IMG/VR virus record: IMGVR_UViG_3300047323_000263
From: an uncultured virus (IMG/VR IMGVR_UViG_3300047323_000263)
Lineage: Duplodnaviria; Heunggongvirae; Uroviricota; Caudoviricetes; Schitoviridae
Length of the DNA stretch: 64,000 nt
Reading direction: 5' to 3' (one strand)
Position numbers and translations under genes: made by a program. Of this stretch, positions 8,789-18,284 are shown piece after piece. Position 1 is the first letter of the stretch; each line of letters opens with the position of its first letter. A model generated the notes under the pieces. The model had not been told where the DNA came from. It worked only from the letters and a program-made list of their open reading frames with translations, and ran no database searches.

Positions 8789-11200
8789 ATGCGACAAGCA
8801 CGCTTTACCGTTTCGCTGAGTGCAGCGAGCGATAAAACCGTGTCAGTCAACTACGCCACCGTCGATGGGACGGCGGTGGCGGGTACGGACTACACGGCCA
8901 AGACGGGCACCTTGACCTTCGCTCCAGGCGAAGTTTCCAAGGACATTCTGGTGCTGATCCGAGACGAACTCACCGGCTCCGCCGATGAGGCCTTCACGGT
9001 TCATCTCTCGACCCCGACCAACGCCACGCTGGCTACCTCGAGCGCGGGCAGCTGCGCCATTCCGGGAGATCCGGATGCGCTGCCGTCATACCTCGATCGT
9101 TTCCACACGATGTACACGGACATGAAGACGCCGGCCAACGGCTACTTCGGGCCGAAGACCGGCACGTACGCGTACTCGGTGCCGTACCACTGCATCGAGA
9201 CGCTGATCTGCGAAGCGCCGGACTGGGGCCACGAATCGGTGTCGGAAACGGCATCCTTCTGGGTGGGCCTCGAAGCATGGAAGGGTCTGCTCGATGGAGA
9301 CTGGACCGGCTTCAACAAGGCGTGGACGACGATCGACGGCGTCTATGTGCCAAGCACCGCCAACCAGCCGGTGAACGTCTACTTGCCGAGCTCGCCCGCT
9401 GACTACACGCCCGAAGGCGACACGCCCAACGCTTACCCGACACTGGGTGATCCGAACGCGGCCAAGGGTGTGGACGGTCTGTATCAGGAGCTGCTCACCA
9501 CCTACGGCACCAAGGGCGTCTACCTGATGCACTGGATCGTTGACGTTGACGGGGCCTACGGTTTCCACAACGGTGACGGCGCCACGACGAACGTCTACAT
9601 CAACAACTACCAGCGCGGTCTGCAAGAGTCGGCGTGGGAGACGATTCCGCAGCCGGAGTGGGAAGACTTCGACTTCGGCAACGCCTACGGCTACCTGCCG
9701 ATTTTCAGTCAGGGCACGCCCACGTATCCCGCCGCGGCGAACGCTTACGGCAAGCAGTGGCGCTACACATGCGCACCGGATGCTGAGTCCCGTGCCATTC
9801 AGTGGGCGTTCTGGGCCAACAAGTGGGCCACCGCTGGCGGTGCTGCATCGTCGGTTGCGACCTCGATGGGCCGGGCCAAGAAGATGGGTGACTACCTGCG
9901 CTACTGCCTGATGGACAAGTACTTCCGTCAGATCGGAACGAACCGGGCGCTCGGCTCGACCAGCACGAACCCGTACCTCGCCTGCCATTACCTGATCGGC
10001 TGGTATGCGAGCTGGGGCGGCCAGGTGCCGGACACCGACGGCGGCAATTACTGGAGCTTCCGCATTGGATCCAGCGAATGCCACTTCGGCTATCAGGCTC
10101 CGGACGCGGCCTACTACATGGCCACCGGTGGCGGCGGCATCACGCCTCAGTCGGCCTCGGCCGGCGACATCTGGCTGGGCTCGCTCTACCGCCAGCTCGA
10201 GATGATCCGCTGGTTGCAGACGGCCAAGGGTCCGATTGCCGGGGGTGTGTCGAACTCGTGGAATGGTCGCTACGAGACGCCGGGTGATGGACGCGATGCG
10301 TTCACCTTCTACGGCATGCACTACACGTATGCGCCGGTGTGGCACGATCCGCCGTCGAACAACTGGTTTGGTTTCCAGGCATGGGGCCTGGGCCGGGTGG
10401 CTGACCTGTACCTGGAAGTCGCGGACAAGTCGGGCACGCTGCAATCAAACGTGCGCAGCAACTGCGGCGTGATCCTCGATCGCTTCGTGGGCTGGGTGCT
10501 GGCCAACGTTTCAGTCGATGTGACGGCGGGCACCTTCGTCTTGCCCGACACGCTGAACTGGACGAGCCCGACGCAGATCGCCGGCAAGACGACGACCAAG
10601 GCCAACCTCGAAGGCGTCTTCGAGTACATCCCGTCGGCGGCGTGGGATGGCACGCAGGACCAGGCTACGTTCTGGTCGGGCTCCTCGGTGCCGAACCCCA
10701 ACCTCGATTTCACGGTCGTGGCGACGGGCCAGGATCTGGGTGTGGCAAGTTCGCTGTCGCTCTTGATGATCCACTACGCCCAGGCGAAGCGCCTGCTCGG
10801 TGCGTTCGACACGGCGATCCCGAACTCGGCCAAGACCCCGCGTGATGCGTACACGCTCGCTCGCAACCTGATCGACATCATCTGGAAGACCTGCAAGGAT
10901 GACGTGGGCATTGCGCGCACCGAAGGTCGTGGCGACTACAACCGCTACAACCAGCAGCTCTACGTGCCGTCGAACTACAGCGGCACGATGCCTAACGGCG
11001 ACGTGATCAACTCGAGCTCGACGTTCATCTCGATTCGCAGCTGGCAGAAGACGGATCCGGACTGGCACAAGATTCAGGCCTACCTGGACAACCCGTCCGA
11101 TGCGACGATCCCGCAGTTCACGTACCACCGTTTCTGGGCGAATGCTGAGTACGCGATGTGCTGTGGCGCTCTGCACCACTACTTCGCAGACATCAACTAA
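8789..11200 (+). CDS. GH48 cellobiohydrolase/processive cellulase with an N-terminal (truncated) Calx-beta domain
   Basis: VPYHCIETLICEAPDWGHESVSE, MHWIVDVD, NNYQRGLQESAWETIPQP, QWRYTCAPDAE, PVWHDPPSNNWFGFQAW, FTYHRFWA; Calx-beta VSVNYATVDGTAVAGTDY..GTLTFAPGE. Confidence 0.93.
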   Translation: MRQARFTVSLSAASDKTVSVNYATVDGTAVAGTDYTAKTGTLTFAPGEVSKDILVLIRDELTGSADEAFTVHLSTPTNATLATSSAGSCAIPGDPDALPSYLDRFHTMYTDMKTPANGYFGPKTGTYAYSVPYHCIETLICEAPDWGHESVSETASFWVGLEAWKGLLDGDWTGFNKAWTTIDGVYVPSTANQPVNVYLPSSPADYTPEGDTPNAYPTLGDPNAAKGVDGLYQELLTTYGTKGVYLMHWIVDVDGAYGFHNGDGATTNVYINNYQRGLQESAWETIPQPEWEDFDFGNAYGYLPIFSQGTPTYPAAANAYGKQWRYTCAPDAESRAIQWAFWANKWATAGGAASSVATSMGRAKKMGDYLRYCLMDKYFRQIGTNRALGSTSTNPYLACHYLIGWYASWGGQVPDTDGGNYWSFRIGSSECHFGYQAPDAAYYMATGGGGITPQSASAGDIWLGSLYRQLEMIRWLQTAKGPIAGGVSNSWNGRYETPGDGRDAFTFYGMHYTYAPVWHDPPSNNWFGFQAWGLGRVADLYLEVADKSGTLQSNVRSNCGVILDRFVGWVLANVSVDVTAGTFVLPDTLNWTSPTQIAGKTTTKANLEGVFEYIPSAAWDGTQDQATFWSGSSVPNPNLDFTVVATGQDLGVASSLSLLMIHYAQAKRLLGAFDTAIPNSAKTPRDAYTLARNLIDIIWKTCKDDVGIARTEGRGDYNRYNQQLYVPSNYSGTMPNGDVINSSSTFISIRSWQKTDPDWHKIQAYLDNPSDATIPQFTYHRFWANAEYAMCCGALHHYFADIN

Positions 11201-11271
11201 ATCGTCTGAAAAGCAGGGTAGTTCTAGTATCATTGCAAGCAGTTGTAATACCCAGTGAACTTCGGTTCACC

Positions 11272-11314
11272 AAGGGGAGTAGAGATCCTAATCCGATCTC
11301 TGCTCCCCTTTTTT
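11272..11314 (+). terminator. Intrinsic terminator after the cellulase genes
   Basis: GGGGAGTAGAGATC-loop-GATCTCTGCTCCCC followed by TTTTTT. Confidence 0.85.
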
Positions 11315-11333
11315 CGTTTACAGGGCTAGAGAA

Positions 11334-11669
11334 ATGCCGAATGAATCCCTTGAAGTCCAGCTTGCCGTGCTGAGTGAGCGCTTCGCCTTCATTAAGCAGG
11401 AACTGGAAGAGGCGAAGACGGCACGCAAGAGCCAGTACGAGAAGATGGAAGAGCAGTCCGTGATGATGGTGAACATGGACAACCGGATGCGGGCCGTCGA
11501 GATTTCGCTGACGAGCCAGGCACCGACGATCGAAGAGTTCATCACGATCAAGCACAAGATCACCGGAGCCGGGCTCGCTGGTCACTGGGTCTGGAAGATC
11601 GGTGGCGGTGTGCTGATCGTCCTCTGTTATTTCCGCACGCAGATCTACCAATGGCTGACAAAAAGTTAA
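11334..11669 (+). CDS. Lysis-cassette membrane protein (coiled coil + C-terminal TM; holin/antiholin-like)
   Basis: One C-terminal hydrophobic segment; first gene of the lysis cluster. Confidence 0.6.
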   Translation: MPNESLEVQLAVLSERFAFIKQELEEAKTARKSQYEKMEEQSVMMVNMDNRMRAVEISLTSQAPTIEEFITIKHKITGAGLAGHWVWKIGGGVLIVLCYFRTQIYQWLTKS

Positions 11670-11908
11670 CGCTAGTTCCGAACTGGCGAGACGCACACAC
11701 GTGGGCGTCGATGTGGTGGAGCGGTCTGGGTTTTGTCACATCTCTGTGCGATTTGCTCGCAGAGATCTGGGAAGGTCTAGGCCACCGGACAACCGAGCAC
11801 CTGCCCTATGCCGGGGTGATCGGGCTCGTGTTGTTCGGCGCAACCATGATCGGCCGTCTCCTCGTGTGGACCCATGAACAACTGGAGGACACCGATGGGA
11901 ATCACTAA
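11651..11908 (+). CDS. Putative holin (2 TM)
   Basis: LVPNWRDAHTWASMW N-terminus, two hydrophobic helices, overlaps the endolysin start. Confidence 0.7.
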   Translation: MADKKLTLVPNWRDAHTWASMWWSGLGFVTSLCDLLAEIWEGLGHRTTEHLPYAGVIGLVLFGATMIGRLLVWTHEQLEDTDGNH

Positions 11909-12512
11909 GAAGCACGTAGGGATCGGCTCGGTCGCAGCGGCAATCATTTCCGCTGTGGTCGCAGTCGAGGGTGGCTACGTCAATGACCCGCACGACCCAG
12001 GCGGCGAGACGAACCACGGCATCACGAAGACGGTGGCAGTGGCCCACGGCTACACCGCGCCGATGAAGAGCCTGAGCGTGGAACTGGCGGACTCGATCTA
12101 CTTCGAGGACTACATCCAGAAGCCCGGATTCGAGCCGTTCCTGCAACTCTCGCCGGCAGTGGCGCAGGAGCTGGTCGACAGCGCAGTAAACATCGGCCCG
12201 GCTAAACCTTCTCTTTGGCTCCAGAAAGCGCTGAATTCCCTCAGTAGAGGGGGCAAAGACTTCCCTCAAACTAATGTTGATGGTAAAGTTGGCACGTCAA
12301 CGATTCAGGCATTCCGAACTTTGCAGAAGGTTCGTGGACGAATTCCAGCGTGTGAGCTGGTGATTAAGCTGCTCGACTCGCAGCAAGCCGTCTACTACAT
12401 GTCTCTGGACAAGTTGAGCATGTATACAGTGGGCTGGGTACAGAACAGAGTCGGAAACGTGCCGCTGAGTCGGTGCAAGGATGAAGGGGAGAGCACAGAT
12501 GCTGCCACCTAA
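11895..12512 (+). CDS. Endolysin, GH108 N-acetylmuramidase with SAR-like N-terminus and PG-binding domain
   Basis: EGGYVNDPHDPGGETNHGIT catalytic motif, VDGKVG and GW..NRV; GGAGG before ATG 11895. Confidence 0.92.
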   Translation: MGITKKHVGIGSVAAAIISAVVAVEGGYVNDPHDPGGETNHGITKTVAVAHGYTAPMKSLSVELADSIYFEDYIQKPGFEPFLQLSPAVAQELVDSAVNIGPAKPSLWLQKALNSLSRGGKDFPQTNVDGKVGTSTIQAFRTLQKVRGRIPACELVIKLLDSQQAVYYMSLDKLSMYTVGWVQNRVGNVPLSRCKDEGESTDAAT

Positions 12513-13011
12513 AGTCCTGCTCTACGGGGTGCTGCCAGCAGCAATCATCGCTGGAGCAGGTTGGAAGTGCTACTCATCTGGATTGGAACACGGTAAATCC
12601 GAGATTCAATCCAAATGGGATGCCGAGAAAGACGCGAGAAAAGCCGCTGAAGAGCAACTCAAGGCGGTGGTCGCGGACAAGGAAAAGACGCATGCCCAGG
12701 ATTCTCAACGTGCAGCCGATGCACTCGAGGCTGCCGCACAAGCTCACGCGACTGAGCTTGCTGCTGTGCGTGCCGATGCTGTTCGCAGCGTGCAGCGCAG
12801 TGACGCCAGAGCCGCAATTTATCAACGTGAAGCCCAAGGCGGCTCCGCTGAGTGCAGCCGTCTCGCAAGCCATACAGCCGAACTCGACCGATCTCTTGAA
12901 GCGGGCCGATCTCTGGTTGGAGAACTCCGAGCAACTCTTGAACTGCGTGACCGACAGCTCGTGCAAGTCGGCCAGCAATTGACCGCAGATCGCGCTCTCC
13001 TCTCCGACTGA
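12499..13011 (+). CDS. Rz-like i-spanin
   Basis: N-terminal TM followed by an Ala-rich coiled coil; directly after the endolysin. Confidence 0.8.
   Translation: MLPPKVLLYGVLPAAIIAGAGWKCYSSGLEHGKSEIQSKWDAEKDARKAAEEQLKAVVADKEKTHAQDSQRAADALEAAAQAHATELAAVRADAVRSVQRSDARAAIYQREAQGGSAECSRLASHTAELDRSLEAGRSLVGELRATLELRDRQLVQVGQQLTADRALLSD
12719..12982 (+). CDS. Rz1-like o-spanin lipoprotein embedded in the +1 frame of Rz (start 12719 or 12692)
   Basis: Signal peptide RLSLLLCVPMLFAA|C lipobox, Pro-containing mature part, fully nested in Rz. Confidence 0.75.
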   Translation: MHSRLPHKLTRLSLLLCVPMLFAACSAVTPEPQFINVKPKAAPLSAAVSQAIQPNSTDLLKRADLWLENSEQLLNCVTDSSCKSASN

Positions 13012-13021
13012 AGGCCCCGAC

Positions 13022-15331
13022 ATGCAGATGACCAGCACTGACCAGGTGCTTCCGCGCACGCCGGATGAGGCAGCGCGCAAGCTCACGACCTGGAAGAACG
13101 AACCCACGATTCAGACCTTCAAGGGCGACCTCGAGAACTCGAAGTCTGCCCACGATGCACACGTCGCCAAGGTCCAGAAGTGGGACGACCTGATGAACGT
13201 GAAGGGCGCAGCCAAGCCCCCGAAGGTGAAGGGCCGCTCCCAAGTCCAGCCGAAGCTGATTCGCCGGCAGGCCGAGTGGCGCTACGCTGCGCTCTCTGAG
13301 CCTTTCCTTGGCTCAAACAAACTGTTCCAGGTGACGCCCGGTTCGTGGGAAGACACGAAGTCGGCCCAGCAGAACGAACTCGTCCTCAACTGGCAGTTCC
13401 GCACGAAGATGAACCGGGTCCGGTTCGTCGATCAATACGTGCGCTGCACGGTAGACGAAGGATCGTCGGTGGTGCGCCTCGGCTGGAAGCGGGTGACCAC
13501 GAAGATCAAGCAGCAGGTGCCGGTGTTCGCGCACTACCCGGTCGAGAGTCAGGAGCAGCTCATGCAGCTGCAACAGGACATCTCGCTGCAACAGAGCGAC
13601 CCGAAGGCCTACGGCGCTCTGGCGTCTGAGCGTCAGTCCGCGGTCGACTACTACAGCGAATCGCAGCAGCCGACCTATGCCGTGAAGACCGGCATGCAGA
13701 CGATCACGACTGATCAGCTGGTGGAGAACCGGCCGACGGTCGACGTGATCGATCCGCGCAACTTCTACCTTGACCCGTCCTGTGACGGCGACTTCGACAA
13801 GGCGCTCTTCGCCATCGTCACGTTCGAGACGAACCGGGCCGAGCTCCAGAAGGAAGGCGACCGCTACAAGAACCTCGAGCAGGTCAACTGGGAAGGCAAC
13901 ACCACGGTCACCTCCCCCGACCATGCCACCCAGACGCCGGACACCTTCAACTTCACCGACAAGGCGCGGAAGAAGGTCGTGGCCTACGAATACTGGGGCC
14001 TCTACGACATCGAAGGCACGGGCGAGCTGGTGCCGATCGTCTGCACGTGGATCGGTGACACCATCATCCGTCTGGAGAAGAACCCCTTCCCCGACCAGAA
14101 GCTGCCGTTCATCGTCGTGCCGTACCTGCCGGTCAAGCGGCAAGTGTTCGGGGAAGCCGATGCGGAGCTGCTCGAAGACAACCAGAAGATCCTGGGCGCG
14201 GTGACGCGCGGAATGATCGACCTGCTCGGCCGCTCGGCCAATGGCCAGCAGGGTTTTGCCAAGGGCATGTTGGACCCGTTGAATCGCCGTCGCTATGAAG
14301 ACGGCAAGGACTACGAGTTCAACCCGAACACCCCGGTCCAGCAAGGGCTCATCGAGCACAAGTTCCCGGAGTTGCCACAGTCAGCGCTTTTGATGTTGAA
14401 CCTTCAGAACCAGGAAGCAGAGGCTCTGACCGGTGTGAAGAGCTTTGGCGGAGGCATCTCTGGGGAAGCATACGGCGACGTTGCTGCTGGAATCCGGGGT
14501 GTACTGGATGCCGCCTCCAAGCGCGAGATGGCGATCCTTCGCCGCCTCGCCAAGGGCATGAGCGACATCGGTACGAAGGTCATCTCGATGAATGGCGCCT
14601 TCCTGTCGGACAAGGAAGTGGTGCGCGTCACGAACGAGCAATTCGTCACGGTCGAGCGTGATGACCTGATGGGCAACTTCGACACCATCTGCGACATCTC
14701 CACCGCCGAGGTGGACAACCAGAAGGCTCAGGATCTGGCCTTCATGCTGCAAACGCTCGGACCCAAGGGTGACTGGGGCATGGTCGCGCTCATCCTCTCG
14801 GAGATCGCACGCCTGAAGCGTATGCCTGAACTGGCACACCGCATCCAGAACTACCAGCCGCAGCCCGATCCGATGCAGCAGCAGCTCCAGCAGAAAGAGC
14901 TCGAGAAGGTTCAGTCGGAGATCGACAAGAACAAGGCTCAAGCCGATCTGTTCGAAGCGCAGGCAAAGATGGCCGGTACGCAGACGGACCTGAACAACCT
15001 CAACTACGTCGAGCAAGAGACGGGCACCAAGCACGCCCGCGACATGCAGAAGCAGCAGGCGCAGTCCGAAGGCAACCAGGATCTGGAAGTCACCAAGGCG
15101 CTGCTCGCCAAGCGCAAGCAGGCCAACGGTGGCGAGTCGAAGCCCGACATTCACGCCGCTGTTGGGTACAACGAACTGACGAAAAACCGGGCGAATGCTG
15201 GACAGCCCGATGCGCCGGAATCTACAATCACGCGAGATAACTTAGCGGAACAGAACCCGCAAATGTCCCTGGGATCCAAGTATTTTCAACCCTCGATGGA
15301 TCCCTCCCTCAATCCTAACTTGAACGTCTAA
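13022..15331 (+). CDS. Portal protein (N4 gp59-like)
   Basis: KLTTWKNEPT, GRSQVQPKLIRRQAEWRY, EAEALTGVKSF, LDAASKRE motifs; 769 aa. Confidence 0.93.
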   Translation: MQMTSTDQVLPRTPDEAARKLTTWKNEPTIQTFKGDLENSKSAHDAHVAKVQKWDDLMNVKGAAKPPKVKGRSQVQPKLIRRQAEWRYAALSEPFLGSNKLFQVTPGSWEDTKSAQQNELVLNWQFRTKMNRVRFVDQYVRCTVDEGSSVVRLGWKRVTTKIKQQVPVFAHYPVESQEQLMQLQQDISLQQSDPKAYGALASERQSAVDYYSESQQPTYAVKTGMQTITTDQLVENRPTVDVIDPRNFYLDPSCDGDFDKALFAIVTFETNRAELQKEGDRYKNLEQVNWEGNTTVTSPDHATQTPDTFNFTDKARKKVVAYEYWGLYDIEGTGELVPIVCTWIGDTIIRLEKNPFPDQKLPFIVVPYLPVKRQVFGEADAELLEDNQKILGAVTRGMIDLLGRSANGQQGFAKGMLDPLNRRRYEDGKDYEFNPNTPVQQGLIEHKFPELPQSALLMLNLQNQEAEALTGVKSFGGGISGEAYGDVAAGIRGVLDAASKREMAILRRLAKGMSDIGTKVISMNGAFLSDKEVVRVTNEQFVTVERDDLMGNFDTICDISTAEVDNQKAQDLAFMLQTLGPKGDWGMVALILSEIARLKRMPELAHRIQNYQPQPDPMQQQLQQKELEKVQSEIDKNKAQADLFEAQAKMAGTQTDLNNLNYVEQETGTKHARDMQKQQAQSEGNQDLEVTKALLAKRKQANGGESKPDIHAAVGYNELTKNRANAGQPDAPESTITRDNLAEQNPQMSLGSKYFQPSMDPSLNPNLNV

Positions 15332-15342
15332 AGGACCACACC

Positions 15343-15687
15343 ATGTCGGAAGTCCAAGCCCAAATCGACCAACTCGAACGGCAATTGAGCGACACGAAAC
15401 AAGTCGTCGAGCGCATGAACATGGCGCAGAAGCTCTTCACCAACCGCGAGTTCAAGAAGCTGATTCTCGAAGAATTCTGCGTGCAGGAATCGGCCCGCTA
15501 CGCGCACACCTCGGCCGATCCGTCGCTCTCGCCGGAGAACCGTGCTGATGCACTGGCGCTCGCTCAGGCAGCCGGCCACCTCAAGCGCTGGCTGTCGGTG
15601 CAGTGCCGGATGGGTGAAGTCGCAGCACGCGACATCGAACAGATCGATGCGGCTCTCGTTGAACTGCGCACGGAGGCGGGTGAGTAA
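15343..15687 (+). CDS. N4 gp58-like hypothetical protein
   Basis: NREFKKLILEEF motif; synteny between portal and gp57-like. Confidence 0.75.
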   Translation: MSEVQAQIDQLERQLSDTKQVVERMNMAQKLFTNREFKKLILEEFCVQESARYAHTSADPSLSPENRADALALAQAAGHLKRWLSVQCRMGEVAARDIEQIDAALVELRTEAGE

Positions 15688-15689
15688 AT

Positions 15690-16952
15690 ATGACGACGCA
15701 AACGGAAGAAGTAGTTGTTGAGAATCCGCTTGCTCTGTCCGACGAAGACTTCCTCAACCAGACACCTCCCGGTGTTGAGCTTGAGGAAGTCTCCGACGAA
15801 GGCAAAGACAAGTCGGGTGAGGCAGCAGGTGAGACGGCTGCAACCGCAGTCGTTGACGAGTCAAACACCACTCAAGTCGCACAGACCACTAGCAAAGATG
15901 ACCTGAACAATGTTAACGTTCAGGCTAACGCGGAAGTCCAACAGGACGGCAAGAAAGACGCGGCAACTGCAAGTGAGTCGGCGGCATCCACGACGGTAGA
16001 TGCGAGCAAGACCACCCAGGCAGCGGACCCCAAGGCGGCCAGTACCGCAGGGGATTCCAGTGCAGCCGGTAGTCAGAATGTCGCTGTGGATTACGAGTCC
16101 GAGTACAAGCGCTTGATGGCGCCTTTCAAGGCAAACGGCAAACAGATCGAACTTCGTTCAATCGACGAAGCGATCCAGCTGATGCAGATGGGGGCGAACT
16201 ACACGCGCAAGATGCAGGACATCACTCCGCATCGCAAGACGCTGATGATGCTGGAGTCGGCGCAGTTGATGGACCCTGCAAAGCTCGCGTTCCTGATCGA
16301 TGTGAACAACGGCGACCAGAAGGCAATCCAGAAGCTGCTCAAAGACAAGTCGATCGACCCGATGTCGATCGATACCAGCGAAGATTCAAACTACCTTGGT
16401 GGAAATCATCAAGTCAGTGACGAAGAAGTGAATCTGCGCAACGCACTGGACGACATTCGTTCGACCCCAGAAGGTGTGCAGACGCTTACAGCAGTCAACT
16501 CGACGTGGGATCAGGCCTCAAAGGAAGAGCTGTGGAAAGACCCTGAGATTCTGGGTGCGATTCATAACCAGCGAGAAAACGGCATCTACGCCCGCATCGA
16601 AGCTGAAGTGAGCCGCCTCCGAACCCTGGGGCAAATCCGTGCCGATCTGCCATTCATCAAAGCCTACCAGGCTGTCGGTGAAGCGATGCAGGCCAAGGGT
16701 GCGTTCAACGATCTCGTTGCTCCTCCCTCTGGTTCGACGGCAACAGCTGCTTCTGCTACGGCTGAGGCTGCTGCTGCGGTGAAGGAACCGGTGGCCACTC
16801 GTGTAGCTGCGCCTAAGACGACTGTGGCGAATGGTGATCAGGCAAGTGCTGCTGCGGCAACGCGGAGCACACCCCGAGAAGTCAAGAAGCTCGTGAACCC
16901 GTTGGCAATGTCCGACGACGAGTTTCTCAAGACTTTCGAGAACCGTGTCTGA
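15690..16952 (+). CDS. N4 gp57-like protein (probable scaffold; often mis-annotated tape measure)
   Basis: PFKANGK..LMQMGANYTRKMQ, terminal NPLA(L/M)SD(E/D)(D/E)FL repeats; directly upstream of the MCP. Confidence 0.8.
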   Translation: MTTQTEEVVVENPLALSDEDFLNQTPPGVELEEVSDEGKDKSGEAAGETAATAVVDESNTTQVAQTTSKDDLNNVNVQANAEVQQDGKKDAATASESAASTTVDASKTTQAADPKAASTAGDSSAAGSQNVAVDYESEYKRLMAPFKANGKQIELRSIDEAIQLMQMGANYTRKMQDITPHRKTLMMLESAQLMDPAKLAFLIDVNNGDQKAIQKLLKDKSIDPMSIDTSEDSNYLGGNHQVSDEEVNLRNALDDIRSTPEGVQTLTAVNSTWDQASKEELWKDPEILGAIHNQRENGIYARIEAEVSRLRTLGQIRADLPFIKAYQAVGEAMQAKGAFNDLVAPPSGSTATAASATAEAAAAVKEPVATRVAAPKTTVANGDQASAAAATRSTPREVKKLVNPLAMSDDEFLKTFENRV

Positions 16953-16972
16953 TACAGGGAACCTGACCCACC

Positions 16973-18202
16973 ATGTTGAACTACAACGCCCCGGCCGATG
17001 GCCAAAAGTCGAGCATCGATTCCTCGGGCTCGGACCAGATGAACACGTTCTTCTGGTTGAAGAAGTCGCTGATCACGGCGCGCAAGGAGCAGTACTTCAT
17101 GCCCCTCGCGTCGGTCACGAACATGCCGAAGAACTACGGCAAGAAGATCAAGGTGTACGAGTATGTGCCGATGCTCGACGACCGCAACATCAACGACCAG
17201 GGCATCGACGCCTCGGGCGCAACGGTCGCCAACGGCAACCTGTACGGTTCGTCGAAGGATGTCGGCTCGATCACGGCGAAGCTGCCGCTCCTGACGGAAA
17301 ACGGCGGCCGCGTGAACCGCGTCGGCTTCACCCGTCTGGAACGTGAAGGCTCGATCCACAAGTTCGGTTTCTTCACCGAATTCACGCAAGAGTCGCTCGA
17401 CTTCGACAGCGACGACGGCCTGAAGGATCACCTCTCGCGTGAGCTGATGAACGGTGCCGTGCAGATCACGGAAGCCGTGCTCCAGAAGGATCTGTTGGCA
17501 GCTGCCGGCGTGATCCTGTACGCAGGCGCTGCAACGTCGGATGCGACGATCACCGGCGAAGTGACGCCGGCAGCGGGTGCTGTGCCCGAGATTCCGGCTT
17601 CGGAATTCTCGTACAAGAACCTGATGCGTCTGGACCAGATCCTGACGGACAACCGCACGCCGACGTCGACGACCATCATCACCGGTTCGCGCCTGCAAGA
17701 CACGAAGGTGATCGGCTCGACCCGCGTGCTGTACGTCGGCTCGGAACTGGCGCTCTCGCTCAAGTCGCTGAAGGATCTGTTCGGCAACAAGGCGTTCATC
17801 GAGATCCAGCACTACGCTGATGCCGGCAACGTGTTGAACGGCGAGATCGGCTCGGTCGACAAGTTCCGCGTCATCCAGGTGCCGGAAATGCTGCACTGGG
17901 CAGGCGCTGGTGCGGCGGTCGACGAGAACCCCGGCTATCGCACGTCGATGAAGGCTGGCGTCGAACACTACGACGTGTTCCCGATGCTCTGTATCGGTGA
18001 CGACAGCTTCACCACGATCGGCTTCCAGACCGACGGCAAGACCGTGAAGTTCTCGGTCCTGACGAAGATGCCGGGTGCCGAGACGGCCACCAAGGACGAC
18101 CCGTACGGTGAGACGGGCTTCAGCTCGATCAAGTGGTACTACGGCATCCTGGTCAAGCGTCCGGAACGGATCGCCATGATCAAGACCGTGGCTCGCGTCT
18201 AA
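16973..18202 (+). CDS. Major capsid protein (N4 gp56-like)
   Basis: [50 protein letters not shown]; highly biased codons. Confidence 0.95.
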   Translation: MLNYNAPADGQKSSIDSSGSDQMNTFFWLKKSLITARKEQYFMPLASVTNMPKNYGKKIKVYEYVPMLDDRNINDQGIDASGATVANGNLYGSSKDVGSITAKLPLLTENGGRVNRVGFTRLEREGSIHKFGFFTEFTQESLDFDSDDGLKDHLSRELMNGAVQITEAVLQKDLLAAAGVILYAGAATSDATITGEVTPAAGAVPEIPASEFSYKNLMRLDQILTDNRTPTSTTIITGSRLQDTKVIGSTRVLYVGSELALSLKSLKDLFGNKAFIEIQHYADAGNVLNGEIGSVDKFRVIQVPEMLHWAGAGAAVDENPGYRTSMKAGVEHYDVFPMLCIGDDSFTTIGFQTDGKTVKFSVLTKMPGAETATKDDPYGETGFSSIKWYYGILVKRPERIAMIKTVARV

Positions 18203-18213
18203 GCTGCGCTGCT

Positions 18214-18262
18214 GAACCAACGAGAAGAGAGGTTGCCCCGCAGTCTCTCTTCTCCTTGGCTC
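18214..18262. promoter_or_regulatory. Inverted repeat after the MCP built from two opposed copies of the dispersed motif
   Basis: GAACCAACGAGAAGAGAG ... CTCTCTTCTCCTTGGCTC. Confidence 0.7.
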
Positions 18263-18284
18263 CCTCCTCCAAGGAAGATAAATC

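Noticed and set aside
6543..11200. Cellulase genes as host or contaminant DNA, or as secreted metabolic auxiliary genes
   Set aside because: They have tight operonic spacing within the late block, phage-like codon usage, copies of the phage-wide motif inside the GH5 gene and no signal peptides; a virion role fits better.
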